The position numbers and the translations under genes were made by a program. From Psammoneis japonica (lineage: Eukaryota), in the NCBI GenBank assembly GCA_008632985.1, contig QPGO01000086.1:1-64000 (forward strand): a stretch of 64,000 bases of DNA, read 5' to 3'. The notes under the pieces were generated by a model. It saw only the letters and a list, made by a program, of their open reading frames with translations. It was not told the DNA's origin and searched no databases. Below, in pieces: positions 50,571 to 62,410 of this stretch (positions are counted from its first letter, which is position 1; the number at the start of each line of letters is the position of its first letter).

Positions 50571-51527
50571 CCCTTTGACACATGGCCGCCATTTGGGGCC
50601 TGGCCCCAAATGATGCGCCATCCTGATTGGTCTAAATGAACAAATCCACAAGTAAATTTTGGCGGGAAAATGACGGCTAAATCACTTGGGGCCTGGCCCC
50701 AAACACTGCAAGGTTCGAGTGACGAATGTGCTCGAGGCATTGAAAGATTTTCATGGCTGTTTACGTCGATTGTTGCGCTGGTGTGTTGAGCGATCACACG
50801 CGAAAACTCAGACGAGAAAACGAGATTTTTTGCCTCTGCAACAGCGTCCAAAGATGGCGACTCGACCGCCATTTCGGCAGCTGGAGAAAATGGCGGGAAA
50901 GCTGCAACCGTTGTGTGGGAATCTCAGATTTCAGAATCATTTGTTGGTGGAAACAAAAAATGAAAAGGAGTGGTTGAAAGCACCGCATGGCAACAAATGT
51001 CAAACCACCATGAGCTTGATTCTTGTTTTTGCTTGTTGGCTGTTGACGCAAAGTCAAATCTTGCGGTGCCAAAATGACCAACAATCAACATGAAAGTTGC
51101 GATTTAGATCAAATTGAGCATGGTTGTTTTGGTTGTGTTGTTTTCATTTGTCTCAGACAACGACAAGGTGGTCGCCGTGTCGCGAACCTGACATTGTCAA
51201 TTTCCCCCTGATTTGCCGTGTTGTTCACTCGTCTGTGATTGACACACCATTGATTCGGATGGAAAACAATTGTGTGGCTAAAGCACCAACTGAACAGACA
51301 TGTGCAAATGCATGGAGTTTATGCTGTGAAGACCTGCCTGTCAGAATGGAGAGCAAATGGGGTCTCGCGTCCTGAAACCGCCATTGTCCAGTCGTCGTAG
51401 TTCCCGTTTGCAAGAGGAGGCGCCGTGCTCAAATTGTGGTCGTCAAGATTCCGTCAGACAAAATGTCTGACCGTTAAATTCTCATTTGGGGCCTGGCCCC
51501 AAATGAGAAATTTCATGTGTCAAAGGG
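50571..51527. mobile_element. Non-autonomous piggyBac-type element (957 bp)
   Basis: Perfect 14-bp TIR CCCTTTGACACATG/CATGTGTCAAAGGG with CCC/GGG termini, flanked by TCAA and TTGA (mutated TTAA). Subterminal palindromes TTGGGGCCTGGCCCCAA occur three times. Confidence 0.85.
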
Positions 51528-51539
51528 TTGAGCAGCTTT

Positions 51540-52260
51540 TTTCGTTCATGCCCCCACAACAAATGCACTTGTTGAAAACATCAATGCGAAGAGTTTTGGG
51601 ACGCGCTCTTCTTGCGGCATGGCAGTGCTCCACCGGATCTCCCAGAGCACTGTGGTGATGGATGCTGGTGCAAGTTCTCCATGAACCGCGCCCTTCAGTG
51701 CAAGAAGGGTGGCCCAGTTGTCTCATGACATGATGAAGTCAAGGACAACCTGGGTGACCCAATCGGCAAGGTCTTCAGCCCCATTGGTTGCATCTCGAGA
51801 AGCCCAAGCACCGCCGACAGCTCCCAAGGATGGTGATCGTGGAGACCTTCTCGGCATGAGATTTTGGGATGGAAGGACAGACACGGTGAGGGATGCTCGA
51901 GTCCCTGACACGGATGCGAAGTCACACCCATCCAAAACACCAGAAGAAGTCCCAGCACAACACAAATGTGAAAATGGGCACAAGTGCCTCAAGCCCTGTC
52001 TTGAACAATGCCGTCATTTCACCCCCTTTGTGGTGTCACAAGATGGGCTGCTTGGCAAGGAAGCCAAAGTGATGCTCCGCAAGATCGCATTGAGACTGTC
52101 CAACAAATGGCAAAAGCCATGTTCAGAAGCACATGGCTGTGTCAATGCAAGAATGAGTGTCACCATGGTCTGGGCAACCCAACGTTGCCTCAGGGGATCA
52201 TGCATTCCCACATCCCAGATCAGCTCCAGGCAGTCTGTCCCTTTGCAGACATTGAAGTGA
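51540..52260 (+). mobile_element. 5'-truncated CRE-like non-LTR retrotransposon (zinc knuckle plus restriction-like endonuclease)
   Basis: EEFWDALFLRHG..PPDLP..CKKGG..HDEV, DRGDLL..FW..TDT..DARVPDTDAKS, HFTPFVVS.DGLLG.EA, and MSV...AT.RCLRGS. Confidence 0.85.
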
Positions 52261-52681
52261 CCCATTCTGGATGAAGTGCCCTCACCCAGACAGCACGCTG
52301 ACCTGCCATGTGCAGAGACTGCTGACACCCGACTGCCAAGACAATGAGAGCACCTTGACACACCAACTCCAGTGCCAGAATGTTTTCAAATTTTGCATGT
52401 GCAGCAATCGAAACATGCACGTGACAACCACCCCTTGCTCGCACAACTGCGTTAACTGCATGACATCTGTTTCCTCCTCAAAAAGCACATGTCTGCCATG
52501 CAAAGTTCTCTGGCATTGGAAAAATTTACAGAGACATTCGTTGGTTGTCTGATCACTTGTCACAACAAATGTTTGCATGTGGAGTGAACCTGCAATCCTC
52601 AAAGCACCACACACCATCAACACCACATGCACATCTCATTTTTTGTGCAGGTCAATCCTGGCAAATGGGTGCAAGACAAAA

Positions 52682-53434
52682 ATGAAGTTTGCCTTGGCCT
52701 CGATCGTGAGTGTTTGGTGCTTTGCATCTGCCAGCGGTGCTGACAGTCCAAAGGACAAAGAGATGCAGGAATCTCTTCTCGACAGGCTCTTGTGTGGCTG
52801 TGGAGTGAACCGTGGAGCCTGCTGCTTCAACCATGGACCCAAAGAGTGCCTCGTCCTCAGTCCTGGAAACTGCCACAGGAGGGGAGGCAACTTTTTAGGA
52901 GCTGGCACAGTGTGTGCACCCTGCAACAGATGCACATGCCCCAAGCATCCTGCCCCCAAGCCAACACCATCACATCCCAAGCATCCCACCCCCAAGCTGA
53001 TGCCATGCCCAGCCCCAAGCCCACACCACACCCAACCCACATGCCTTGCAAGGACTGCTGTCCTGCCCCCAAGCCGGTGCCACACCCAACCCCCAAGCCA
53101 GACTGCTGTCCTGCCCCAAAGCCGGTTGAAGTGTGAGAACAATTGTGCTGACATCAAGAAGAAACTCTGTGAGCACCATGGAGGTGACTTTGCTGGCAAG
53201 GGCATTCTTTGCAGCAAGAACACTTGCCCAGCCACTTGCGGTGCCTGCTGCAAGAAGGATGGCTCTTGCATTGTGGTCAGGAAGAAGTTTTGCAAAAACA
53301 TCAAGGGACACTTTCTTGGATTTGGTGCCATCTGCAAGAAGCACATCTGCCCCAAGCACCCTTCACATGCAGCCAAAAGTGCCAGCAAAAACTGTGGTTC
53401 CAACTCTGAAACAGTGGCAAAAGCAGACATTTGA
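52682..53434 (+). pseudogene. Secreted Cys-rich (GACC-repeat) and Pro-rich protein gene, hypermutated
   Basis: Signal peptide MKFALASIV, GACC...C...GGxFLGxGTxC repeats, and (H/C)PTPKP-type repeats probably derived from YPTPKP. No Tyr. Confidence 0.6.
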
Positions 53435-53523
53435 AAACAATGGCGTTCATGCTTTTTGTTGTGATTGATGGTTGCAGGCATTCACTTGAGAAATGAGCTC
53501 ATGATGAAAGAGCCAAGCAGTGG

Positions 53524-55180
53524 GTGAAATTGGAAAAACAGCTCCAGAAACTGTGCAAAGAGGCATGTGAACACGATCAATCAGAAGTGGAGAAATGCTG
53601 GCAGCGACTGGTGCATCCACAAGGGGACATCATTCTGGAGGTTGTCAATTGGCTCAAGAGTGACAACACTCCATTCATGCAGTGTCCATTTGAAGCAGAA
53701 GCTCAGCATGCAAAGCTGCAGAAGGATGGTCTTGTTCAATGCACCATGTCAGAGGATGGGGATGTCTTTGGGTGTGGCACAAGCAAGTGGACAATGAATG
53801 TGAGACATGAAAGCAGCAAGTGCTGCACCCTTGATTCCGCTGTTGTTTGCACAAGAGAGAGTGCCGGTGGAGGCAGATGGAGCAGTTTTTTGTCGGTCAC
53901 ACCAGCTTTCAGGGGTTGCGACTGCAACGTGAAACTGTGCCGGCTTGACTTTAAGAAAGAAATGGACGCACATGCATCCAGCAATGAAAAGCACACATTT
54001 TTGCTTGACATCAAGTGCCGCCACAAATGGCCACCCAAAGCAGCTGGGGAGAGGTTGTCTCTGAAGCCTGCAGCGGGATTTGCTGCAGATGCTGAACAAA
54101 CAATCAACATGTTCAAGGCACACCCAATTTTCTTTCTGACACCAACAGAGACTGACAATGGCGCTTGTCTGAGCAACAGTGTGAGTCATGCTGTGGGTTC
54201 ACTCACCCCTTTTTGAATGATGTCAATGCTTGCATTGTGCCAGCCCTGATCACTGGGGGGTGCAAATTGGATTTTCCTTGTCACCGGTGGCTGTGTTGTC
54301 TGCAAACAGAATCCCCTTGGACAAGTGTGATGACATGATGACAGCGTCACTCTGGGGAAGGTCAGGATGTCCATTGGCAGAGCAAGCAATGCCATGTCAG
54401 TGCCATGACAATCGGTGCCTTGTTCAGCACAGAACAGCTGCAAATTTTGATCCAGAGGATGGTGGAGTTCCTCCTGAGCACTGTTGCGACAAAGTGTTTT
54501 TGTTTCTTGAAAGCTGACCAAAGTCTTCATCCGTTGCATGCTGGGCAACATCAGCCAAGACAAGCAGAGAGTTGTTGAGGGAGACAAAGCATCTTCTTGA
54601 GGTTGGGAGCAGGCCAGGGATCCGAGGTCTAAAACCAAAGGCACTGTCTGAGTTTTGGAAAGAAACAGGCTTGTTTTTGATGAATCTGACATTGTCTGTG
54701 AGAGATGGCAAAATGCTGATTTTTGATGATGCAGATGTGATGAGCAGTGTTCAACCACTGTGTGAAACCAATGATGACATCATCGCCAATGCAATCTTTG
54801 CCAAAATGAGAAACGGTGTCCAACATCATGCATGCCGGCACATGGACAGGGGGCATTGTGACATTGATGCACTTGGCTGCACCCATGTCATGTTCAAAGA
54901 GAGCCAGGAGCCTGGACTCACACTTCAAATTTTAGTCACACCATCTCAAAAAGCAAGTCCATGCTGAGCGCACCATGCATTCAACCATCTTGGCCAATTT
55001 TGCAAGTGTCCTGCAAGTCATTGTGCATGCCCTGCTGTGAAAGGCTGTTCTCACTTTCTTGGATGCTTGGGCATTTTTCATTTGATCCAAGTCAACAAGG
55101 GTTGGATGAAAGAAGAGCTGAAAGCAGCATGTCCACCACCAGTCAAGTCAATTCAGAGTCTGCCGGTTCCCTGGGAAGCT
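53524..55180 (+). pseudogene. XPG/Exo1-family nuclease-like region followed by a SWIM-like zinc finger
   Basis: CPFEAEAQ..L...GLV...SEDGDVFG.G and GCDC (from GCDY) match XPG-I motifs. CACPAVKGCSH at 55022-55054. Confidence 0.65.
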
Positions 55181-55187
55181 GGTCATT

Positions 55188-55960
55188 TTGGACCCAACGA
55201 TGGTGAACTCCACAAAGGAAGCTGGAAAGGCCTGTCTTGAGCTTCTCAAAGTTGAGGGAGAAGGAGAGCGTGGTGCTGAAGATGAAACCACTGAGCACAC
55301 AGCACAGGATGAAGAGGATGATGGTGGGATGCCGGGCCCACTCATGTTGATTTGTGCACATGCTGAGAAGATGGCAGCGGAAGCAAAGAAACGTGCAGAG
55401 GTGATGGAGAGTGACACACAACATGTTTGCCGTGTTGTGCTGGAGTCTCTCAGAGAAGCAAACAAGGCCAAGTTGAATGGAGCAGGAGGACCAAATGAGT
55501 CACTTCACTGCAAGAAAGAGCAGCTGGAAATGTGCGGACGACTCTGCCAAGCAGCTGAAAAGGGAAAGCCGCCCAAGACTCTCTTGTCTCACCACAAAGC
55601 CTTGGCCCTCCCCACCAGGAAGAGACTTCTTGCTCAGACACCCAACATGAAAAACAAAGAGGCGATTTGGAAAAAAATCATGCCTTCTAAAAATCATGCC
55701 CAGTGAAACCATCCCTGGAGACAAGGCTTTCAGTGGGTGTGCACTGTTGCACGGGAATTTCAATGGACAGGATTGTCCTTCCCATCTTGTTGGGAAGACT
55801 TTTGCAGAGGAGAGGTTGAGCAAGACGAGCCTCTCAAAACACTGAGATGTGCCTTGAAGACTGCAACATGAGAGTCACAGATGTCATGTGTCTCGCTGAT
55901 CATGTGCCACGCTCCTTCTTCCCACATTTGCACCATGCCGCAAACTGTGGGGTCAGGGAT
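55188..55960 (+). mobile_element. Harbinger/ISL2EU-like DDE transposase, C-terminal part (degenerate)
   Basis: GDKAF...NFNGQDCPSHL (second Asp region), then GEVEQD..LKTLRC..EDCNMRVTD..LADHVPRSFF (Glu region). Confidence 0.55.
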
Positions 55961-56199
55961 GTGGCAACTTGTGCAACCCCTTTTTTTGTCTCCCTTCTGA
56001 TTGCACACACTTTGATTGTTGGAAGGAGAAAAGGGCAGAAGCCAAACAAAAGTGGGCGGAAATGAAAAAAATCAAGTTTCGAAAAGAAAACAGCGCAAAA
56101 GGGCTGTTCTTGCAGGTTCTGTGGTGCTGGCTGTTCTTTTTGCGGCAAACATTGCATGGCAAAGCTTGCCAACAGACAAATGACCCACACTCACTGGTT

Positions 56200-56470
56200 T
56201 GACTCATCTGTTGCAAATCACATTTTTTTCTTGATCCTGCACCCCCCAAAGTTCCACAAGTTGCACTTCAGGACACCGTTGCAAAGCACAGTCCTGTGAT
56301 CTGGTCAGAGTCATCCAAAACAACACAAGGCAACCACTGTTGTCTGCCTTTTCAGCATGTGGCATCCAATTTAGAATTTAGAGTGGAGTTGATTCACGTT
56401 GCATTGGTCATGAACACCTTTCCATCAACCAATGCACCAATGTGCTTGCAACCTGGTTTGGTGCACTGCA
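56200..56470 (-). mobile_element. Harbinger/ISL2EU-like DDE transposase, first-Asp region, inverted
   Basis: Minus strand reads GCKHIGALVDGKVFMT..., then after a frameshift EKADNSGCLVLFWMT...RCPEVQLVELWG. Confidence 0.55.
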
Positions 56471-57574
56471 ACAAAACCGTGGCCCTTGTGTTGGAAGTTG
56501 AGCTTGAATCTTGGTCATGCAGGTGAGCTGCTGCAGCTGCTGGCGCAGCAGAGGGAGAGAGAGTTGTTGTCAAATGAGCAGGTGCAAAAAGTGCCGTGTG
56601 AAAAGTGCAAGGTCAGCCGATCCTGTTTGCGGCTGTTGCCACAGAACAGAGCCAAATTTTTCAAAAAAAGTTGTTTGTGGGCCTGGCAAAAGGCAGGTGC
56701 ATGCTGTCTTGCTCTTTTCAAGCAGGTCCTTTTGCAGTCGTGCTCTCTGTGCAGCATTGCAGCTCCAGCCAGCCAGCAGCCAGAGCCAGCTGGAGACTCC
56801 AGCCAGATGCGTGGTTGCCTGATGATGCCTGCGCTGATGTGTCTTTTTCAGTCATCAGTGCCACATCATTGCCAAATGCACATCAATGTGTGATGTCCCT
56901 GCAATGCCAGGTGCCCTGCCCAGCCAACTGGCTGCAGGGCACTTTGCTGCACCTGCTGGGCAAGAATGCCCGCTTGTTGTCCCGGCATCTGAGTCTCATG
57001 TGCACAGAGTCAGCACCCCACACAGCACCACGCAATCTTCAAAAGATGAGGTCAAACATCTCTCAAGTTGTTGCAATGGGCATGATGCCGCTGCAGCCAA
57101 CTGAGCACACAGTCTCACATGGAAAATGCTCAAGTGTGGCATCAGAAAACACACGTTGGTGGTGCTGGCATTGCACAAGACATCTGTTGCTGTGCACGGC
57201 ACAGCAGTGATGAAAGACATCTCTTGAGTGCTGTGTCATCTGCAGGTGGAAACAGCACCACATGCCATGCAATCCTGCTTGGTCAATGAAGCCAAAAATG
57301 TGCAAAAAGTGTGCAACAATTTTGAGGCCTCTTTGATTGACAGAGTGCCCAAGCTCACCTTTAAAACACTCAAGGGCAGCATCAAAATGCATGTGCAAAC
57401 AAGGGCTGGTTGCGCAGGGAGATTTCAGAGGCAGCATGCAATGGGTGAAATCATCACAGTCTCACAGCCTCACAATGTCTCCAGCATCATTGCATCTTGC
57501 GCATGTTGGCTTGGACATGATCGACGATGATGGTTGAATCAGCCAAGTCACCCATGATGTTGAGATGATTGGCA

Positions 57575-57596
57575 GGGGGGGGGGGGGGGGGGGGGG
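57575..57596. repeat. Poly-G tract (22 nt)
   Basis: Read directly from the sequence. Confidence 0.95.
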
Positions 57597-58329
57597 CACA
57601 TCCCAGATGAGCCAGCTGCTGCTCTCTTGTTGGCATTGAATGCAAGGCAGCATTCCATGTTGCCCAAATCAGCGGCGCTGGATGGACAAGATGCAAAAGT
57701 GATGCAACCATGGGTGTGCGATGCTCTTTTTTGGGACCAAGGTCTTAGATGGAGGGCTCGTGAGATCCTCGTGTCGGCAGATGGATGGGGACCAGCCACG
57801 GTTGTTTCACCTTGTGTCCAGGAGCGTCCAAAAAGAAGTGCCCACATCCAGGTTTTTCCATGCAGGGTTTGTGCTGCAAACTCCACAAGAGAACAATTTT
57901 TGCACTGGCTTAGACTTGACTGGATTCAAGGTTAAAAGTGGAGCAGTGCGAAAAGCAAGTGATTGTCTGGCAGCAGATTGTGAGCTGCTCTCCGTGGTGA
58001 ACTGAACTTCAGCAAGGAAAGAGGAAAACCATTGGCAATTGGCAATCATTTGTGTGACAACGGCTGACGGTTTTCCAGAGGCAAGCTCTGCTGTTGTCAG
58101 ATCTGATGAGCTTGGCACACTGCATTTTCTTGTTGATGCACACATGAGACAAAAGCATCTCAACTTGAACTTTCTTGCGGTGCAGTCACCAACTGCATTT
58201 TTCAACACCAGCTTGAACTTCCATCTCACCCTCACAGATTTTTTTGGTGACAGCATCGCATGACACATGCAACCGCACCATCATCATTGTGCTGATCAAC
58301 GCTCCCGCTTTTGCCACATGATGGTGCAA

Positions 58330-61250
58330 GCACACTTTCATCTCCAGTCACTGGAAGACGAGCATTCTTTTTGGCATCTTTGTGAAGCCCCCTCTGGCTG
58401 TGGCATTTGCAAGTGCAATTTGTTCCTGGTGATTTTGCAGTGACCCCCAAAACAAAAGGGTGGGTGAAATTTTTTGTGATGGCAACAAGAGGCTTGACAA
58501 GACATCTGGGCTCCTTTCGTGCACAAGTGCTCACAGAGCAGCTGCACAAAACATGTGCTCCTGGAGGATGATCCTGCACAAACTGCTGGAGCTGCACTTG
58601 CAGTGCTGAGTTGCTTCTGTTGTTGTGAGCAGCTGTGACAATGCCTGCAGCAGTTGTGTTGCTGTGGCCATTGTTGTGATTTGCTGCAATGGTGCCGGCA
58701 GCAGCGGCTGTGGGTCCCAACGTCATGCTTCCACGTGTCATCACAACCCCCCCCATTTTTTGCCAAAATGCATTTCCAGCCGACTAACATCACACCAATG
58801 CAAAGTTCCCAATGACTTTTGGGGTCGCAAGCAGAGGGTTGTGTTGGTTGTAGAGCCATGACTGAAAACAGTCCCTCGCACTTTCACGTGTGATGAAGGT
58901 GCTCCGCGAAACGTCAGCTCCATTTTCAAATGCCCAACACCATGAACAATGCATGCCCAATCTGTTCTCGCAAGACATTTTTTTAAAGGGTGGGAGACTG
59001 ACAATGCTCATGTCTTGTGCATTTTGTGGCTCTAGCGGGGATCAAAGTCTGGCTGATTCTGCCAAAAATGTTGAGTCGAGTGGGTCATGCGGGATTCAAG
59101 ACACGTGACTCGCTGTACGATGAAGTGTTCTCGACACTGAGATTAGATGACAACATCATCACAAGACCTGTTTCATGGCTGTGCTCCATTCTCTAATCCA
59201 TGGCTGGCCTCGTGACAACCACATTTGACCTCTTTCATGCCACAGACAGGCCAAGCAATCCACAAAAACTCATCACAAGCAACACACTCCTGTTTTCAGA
59301 TTTGACATTTTTGTGTTTTTGCGATCAATCTAGAGCACACACAAGCAAGGGGGCACTTCCATTGCACAAATTTGTTCTTCTGTAGGAGAGCATCATCAAT
59401 GTGTGACTTTGTCAACATTGTTTGACTGCTTCTTTTCAACAGTGCGCCAACTTCACTCTGCATTTTTGCTCCAAAATCCGACCCACGCCCCACCCTCTCC
59501 CACTCAAAAACACTGGCTGATCGCATTGCAGTTGCTTCATCAAAGTCTTGAAAAATGTTCCTCTTGTCATTGGCATTGCCAAAACGGGTTTGACGATGGG
59601 ACTGCGACATTGGATTCGTCGATGAGCTCACACGACGATTGACATTGTGAAAATTGGCTGCGTCTGCATGACAGTTGAGTGAGACAACAAGTGGCAAGAC
59701 TTTGGCACAATGACAACACCATTTCGATTCTGTGTTGCTTGCCTTCACATGTCCGCCGGCTTTTGCTCTCAGCGGGTGTCGAAAATCCAGCGAATGAGTG
59801 GTTGATGAAGACTCGGCACGTGACATGGCGTCACGAATGACTGAATCGGTGTGTTTGTCAACAGCTCGCCACAAAATCAAAATCATGGAGAACGCATTTA
59901 GACACCTGTCCAACAGATGCTGATTGATTGTGCGTCAAATGCGCTCTCGCAGAATCGAAGGTTTAGACAACTTTCTCAGTGTCGCAATCATCGCCATCGT
60001 CGGTGCGAGATTTGATCAAATTCCCCGTGATCGACAGCGCCGCGGTGACAGTCTGTGCGCTCATCAGCAGCACGCCTGCCACGCCAGTTTGGATTTGCTC
60101 AAGGGTTGGGACCCACAGCAGCTGCATTGCTGGGCAAGTCATCCATCTTTTCTCATGGCAACAACACCTGCATGGCTGCAGCAGAATCCTCAGTGATTTT
60201 TCCCAGCAGGTGTGTGTTTCTGAATGTGCCAGCACAAAAAAATGACAAAGATTAAAGTGCACATGAGATGCCATCCGGTGGCACATCTTGGCAGCACCGC
60301 TGCTCAGCAAGCAATGCCTTGACACTGCTCAGACATCCATGCTCTTCCTGTCTCATGGTTTGCACTGTTCTAACACTTGTGCAGCAGCTGCATTTTTCAA
60401 AGGAGTGGGTTCAAAAGAGCAAAAAACAGGGACTTGTGAAAGGCTTGAGTTGAGTTGGGATGATGAGATTGAAAATTGTGGGCCGCTGTTGGTGAGCTCA
60501 ATGAATTTTGAAGTGGCCAAAGACAGCACAATGTTTTTAGAACATGCCAGCCAGCCTTTCTAAATTTAGTGTGAGGTGGGTTGTCTTTGTAAAAAAACAT
60601 GTTTTGAGAAACTTGTGATGTCAAATTTTTGAGCTGCTCCAAAGTCCATGCACTCCATGTGGTGGAAAAGACCAGTTGTGGTTGGCTGACAAATGTTCGA
60701 AATGAGGATCTTCACAAAGATCAACAATTTACAAGCTCACAGTGTTGCACGTCAATGGCACCCAGTTCAATGATGGCTGCTGGTGTGAAGAGGCTGAGCT
60801 GCGGTTTGATTTGATCAACACCCTTTCTTTCACATTCACACACACAAAGCTGGCTGAAACATGAAGGGATGGTTGGTTGACCCCCCTTTTGGGTTCATGC
60901 ATGGGGGGTTGCAAAGATCCTTTGTTTTTTGGTGCCCTGGTTTGGAGAATGCCTTGTGGTCAGGACCAAGTTTCTTGCCCAAGCAACCAGGAAAACTTTG
61001 CAAGAAATGCATGGGATGAAGCTTGAAAGAAGGCACTCAACCAAGCAAACCTTTCATTGTGGCAAGGAGCAGATGTTCTTGCTTTTGTCATTCCAACATG
61101 CCAGCATTTTTTGTCCTGAGTGCAGCAGTGTTTTGTCTGACACTGGACGCTGCCTGCCACTTGTGCCATTCTTTGTGCAAGCAAAAGTTTCCACCTGCTT
61201 CTCAGTGGGAAAATTCACCCACAACAACCATGGCCTGTTGGCCAACAAAC
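58330..61250. repeat. Unclassified dispersed repeat B, copy 2, interrupted by ~1.4 kb of other sequence (~58700-60100)
   Basis: Two blocks colinear with 35490-36920. Confidence 0.6.
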
Positions 61251-61729
61251 CCACTCTGCAGAATGGAAAAACTCTGATTGTTTTTGCCAACCACTGCTTT
61301 TTGTTCAGTCATTTTTTCAACTGCAAAGCAAGCCCAACAATGGGCAGCTTGTTGAGTTTCATTTTTGGCATGCCAGCACAAACCATGTGGGACTCTGCTT
61401 GCTTGATTCTGTGCAGCTCCACATGGCAATCTTGAAGATCCATCAAACCAGCTTGTGAGAAACCACAACGGCACAACAACAGGCTGCGATTTGAAGTTTC
61501 TTCCAATTGGATGTTGGCTGCAGCATTGTTTCCACATGTGACAATGTCTCAATGTTCTGGCTTGCATGCAAAACCCACTCATTTGATTTTCATCAACATT
61601 TTCAATGGTTGTTGTTTGATCACAGCTGGTTTCCGACAAGTGTTGCCACTGGCAGTGGCACTGTCATTGCCTGGATTTCTCAGCACAAATGCTCTGACCA
61701 TCTGTTCTGAAGCAGTGCGAATGGTCCAA

Positions 61730-62410
61730 CTGTCCTTCTGAAGCAGCACAAGCAAAGGCTGCAATCAGCCTTTTTTGGCAACACAAAGGCCCCCAATCAC
61801 CACAAACAATGCAGCAATGGAAAGGCTTCAACTGCCCTTCCTGAAGTGGCACAAAGGCCCCAGCAGCTGTTCTTCTGCAGTGGCACAAATGTCCCAGCCA
61901 TCCTTCTGCAGCAGTGCAAAGGCTCCCAACCACCGCAAGTGGAAGCAATGCAAAGACTCCAACCACCACAAGTGCCGGCAGCCCAAGGCTCCAACCATCC
62001 TTTCTGAAGCAGTGCAAATGCCCCAGCCGCCCTTCTGTGGCAGCAGCACAAATGCCCCAGCCATCCTTCTGCGGCAGCACAAAGGCTCCCAACCACCGCA
62101 AGTGGCAGCAATGCAAAGACTCAAACCATCACAAGTGGCAGCAGCACCAAGCCTCCAACCATCCTTTCTGAAGCAGTGCAAAGGCTCCAATGGTCTGTCT
62201 GCAGCAGTGCAAATGCTCCAACCATCCTTTGGCAGTGTTGCATGGGCACTCTCAACCAACACAAGTGGCCGCAATGCAAAGACTCCAACTGCCACAAGTG
62301 GCAGCAGTGCAAAGGCTCCAACCGTCCTGTCTGAAGCAGCACAAAGGCTCCAACTGTCCTTCTGCATCAGCACAAAGACTCCAACCACCACAAGGGTCAG
62401 CAGTGCAAAG
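61730..62410. repeat. Degenerate minisatellite of ~31-33-bp units
   Basis: Interspersed variants AAGGCTCCAACCATCCTTCTG(C/A)AGCAGTGCA and AAAGACTCCAACCACCACAAGTGGCAGCA. Confidence 0.8.

Noticed and set aside
61730..62410. CRISPR-like appearance of ~31-bp repeats
   Set aside because: The units are degenerate and contiguous with no unique spacers, there are no cas genes, and the context is eukaryotic.
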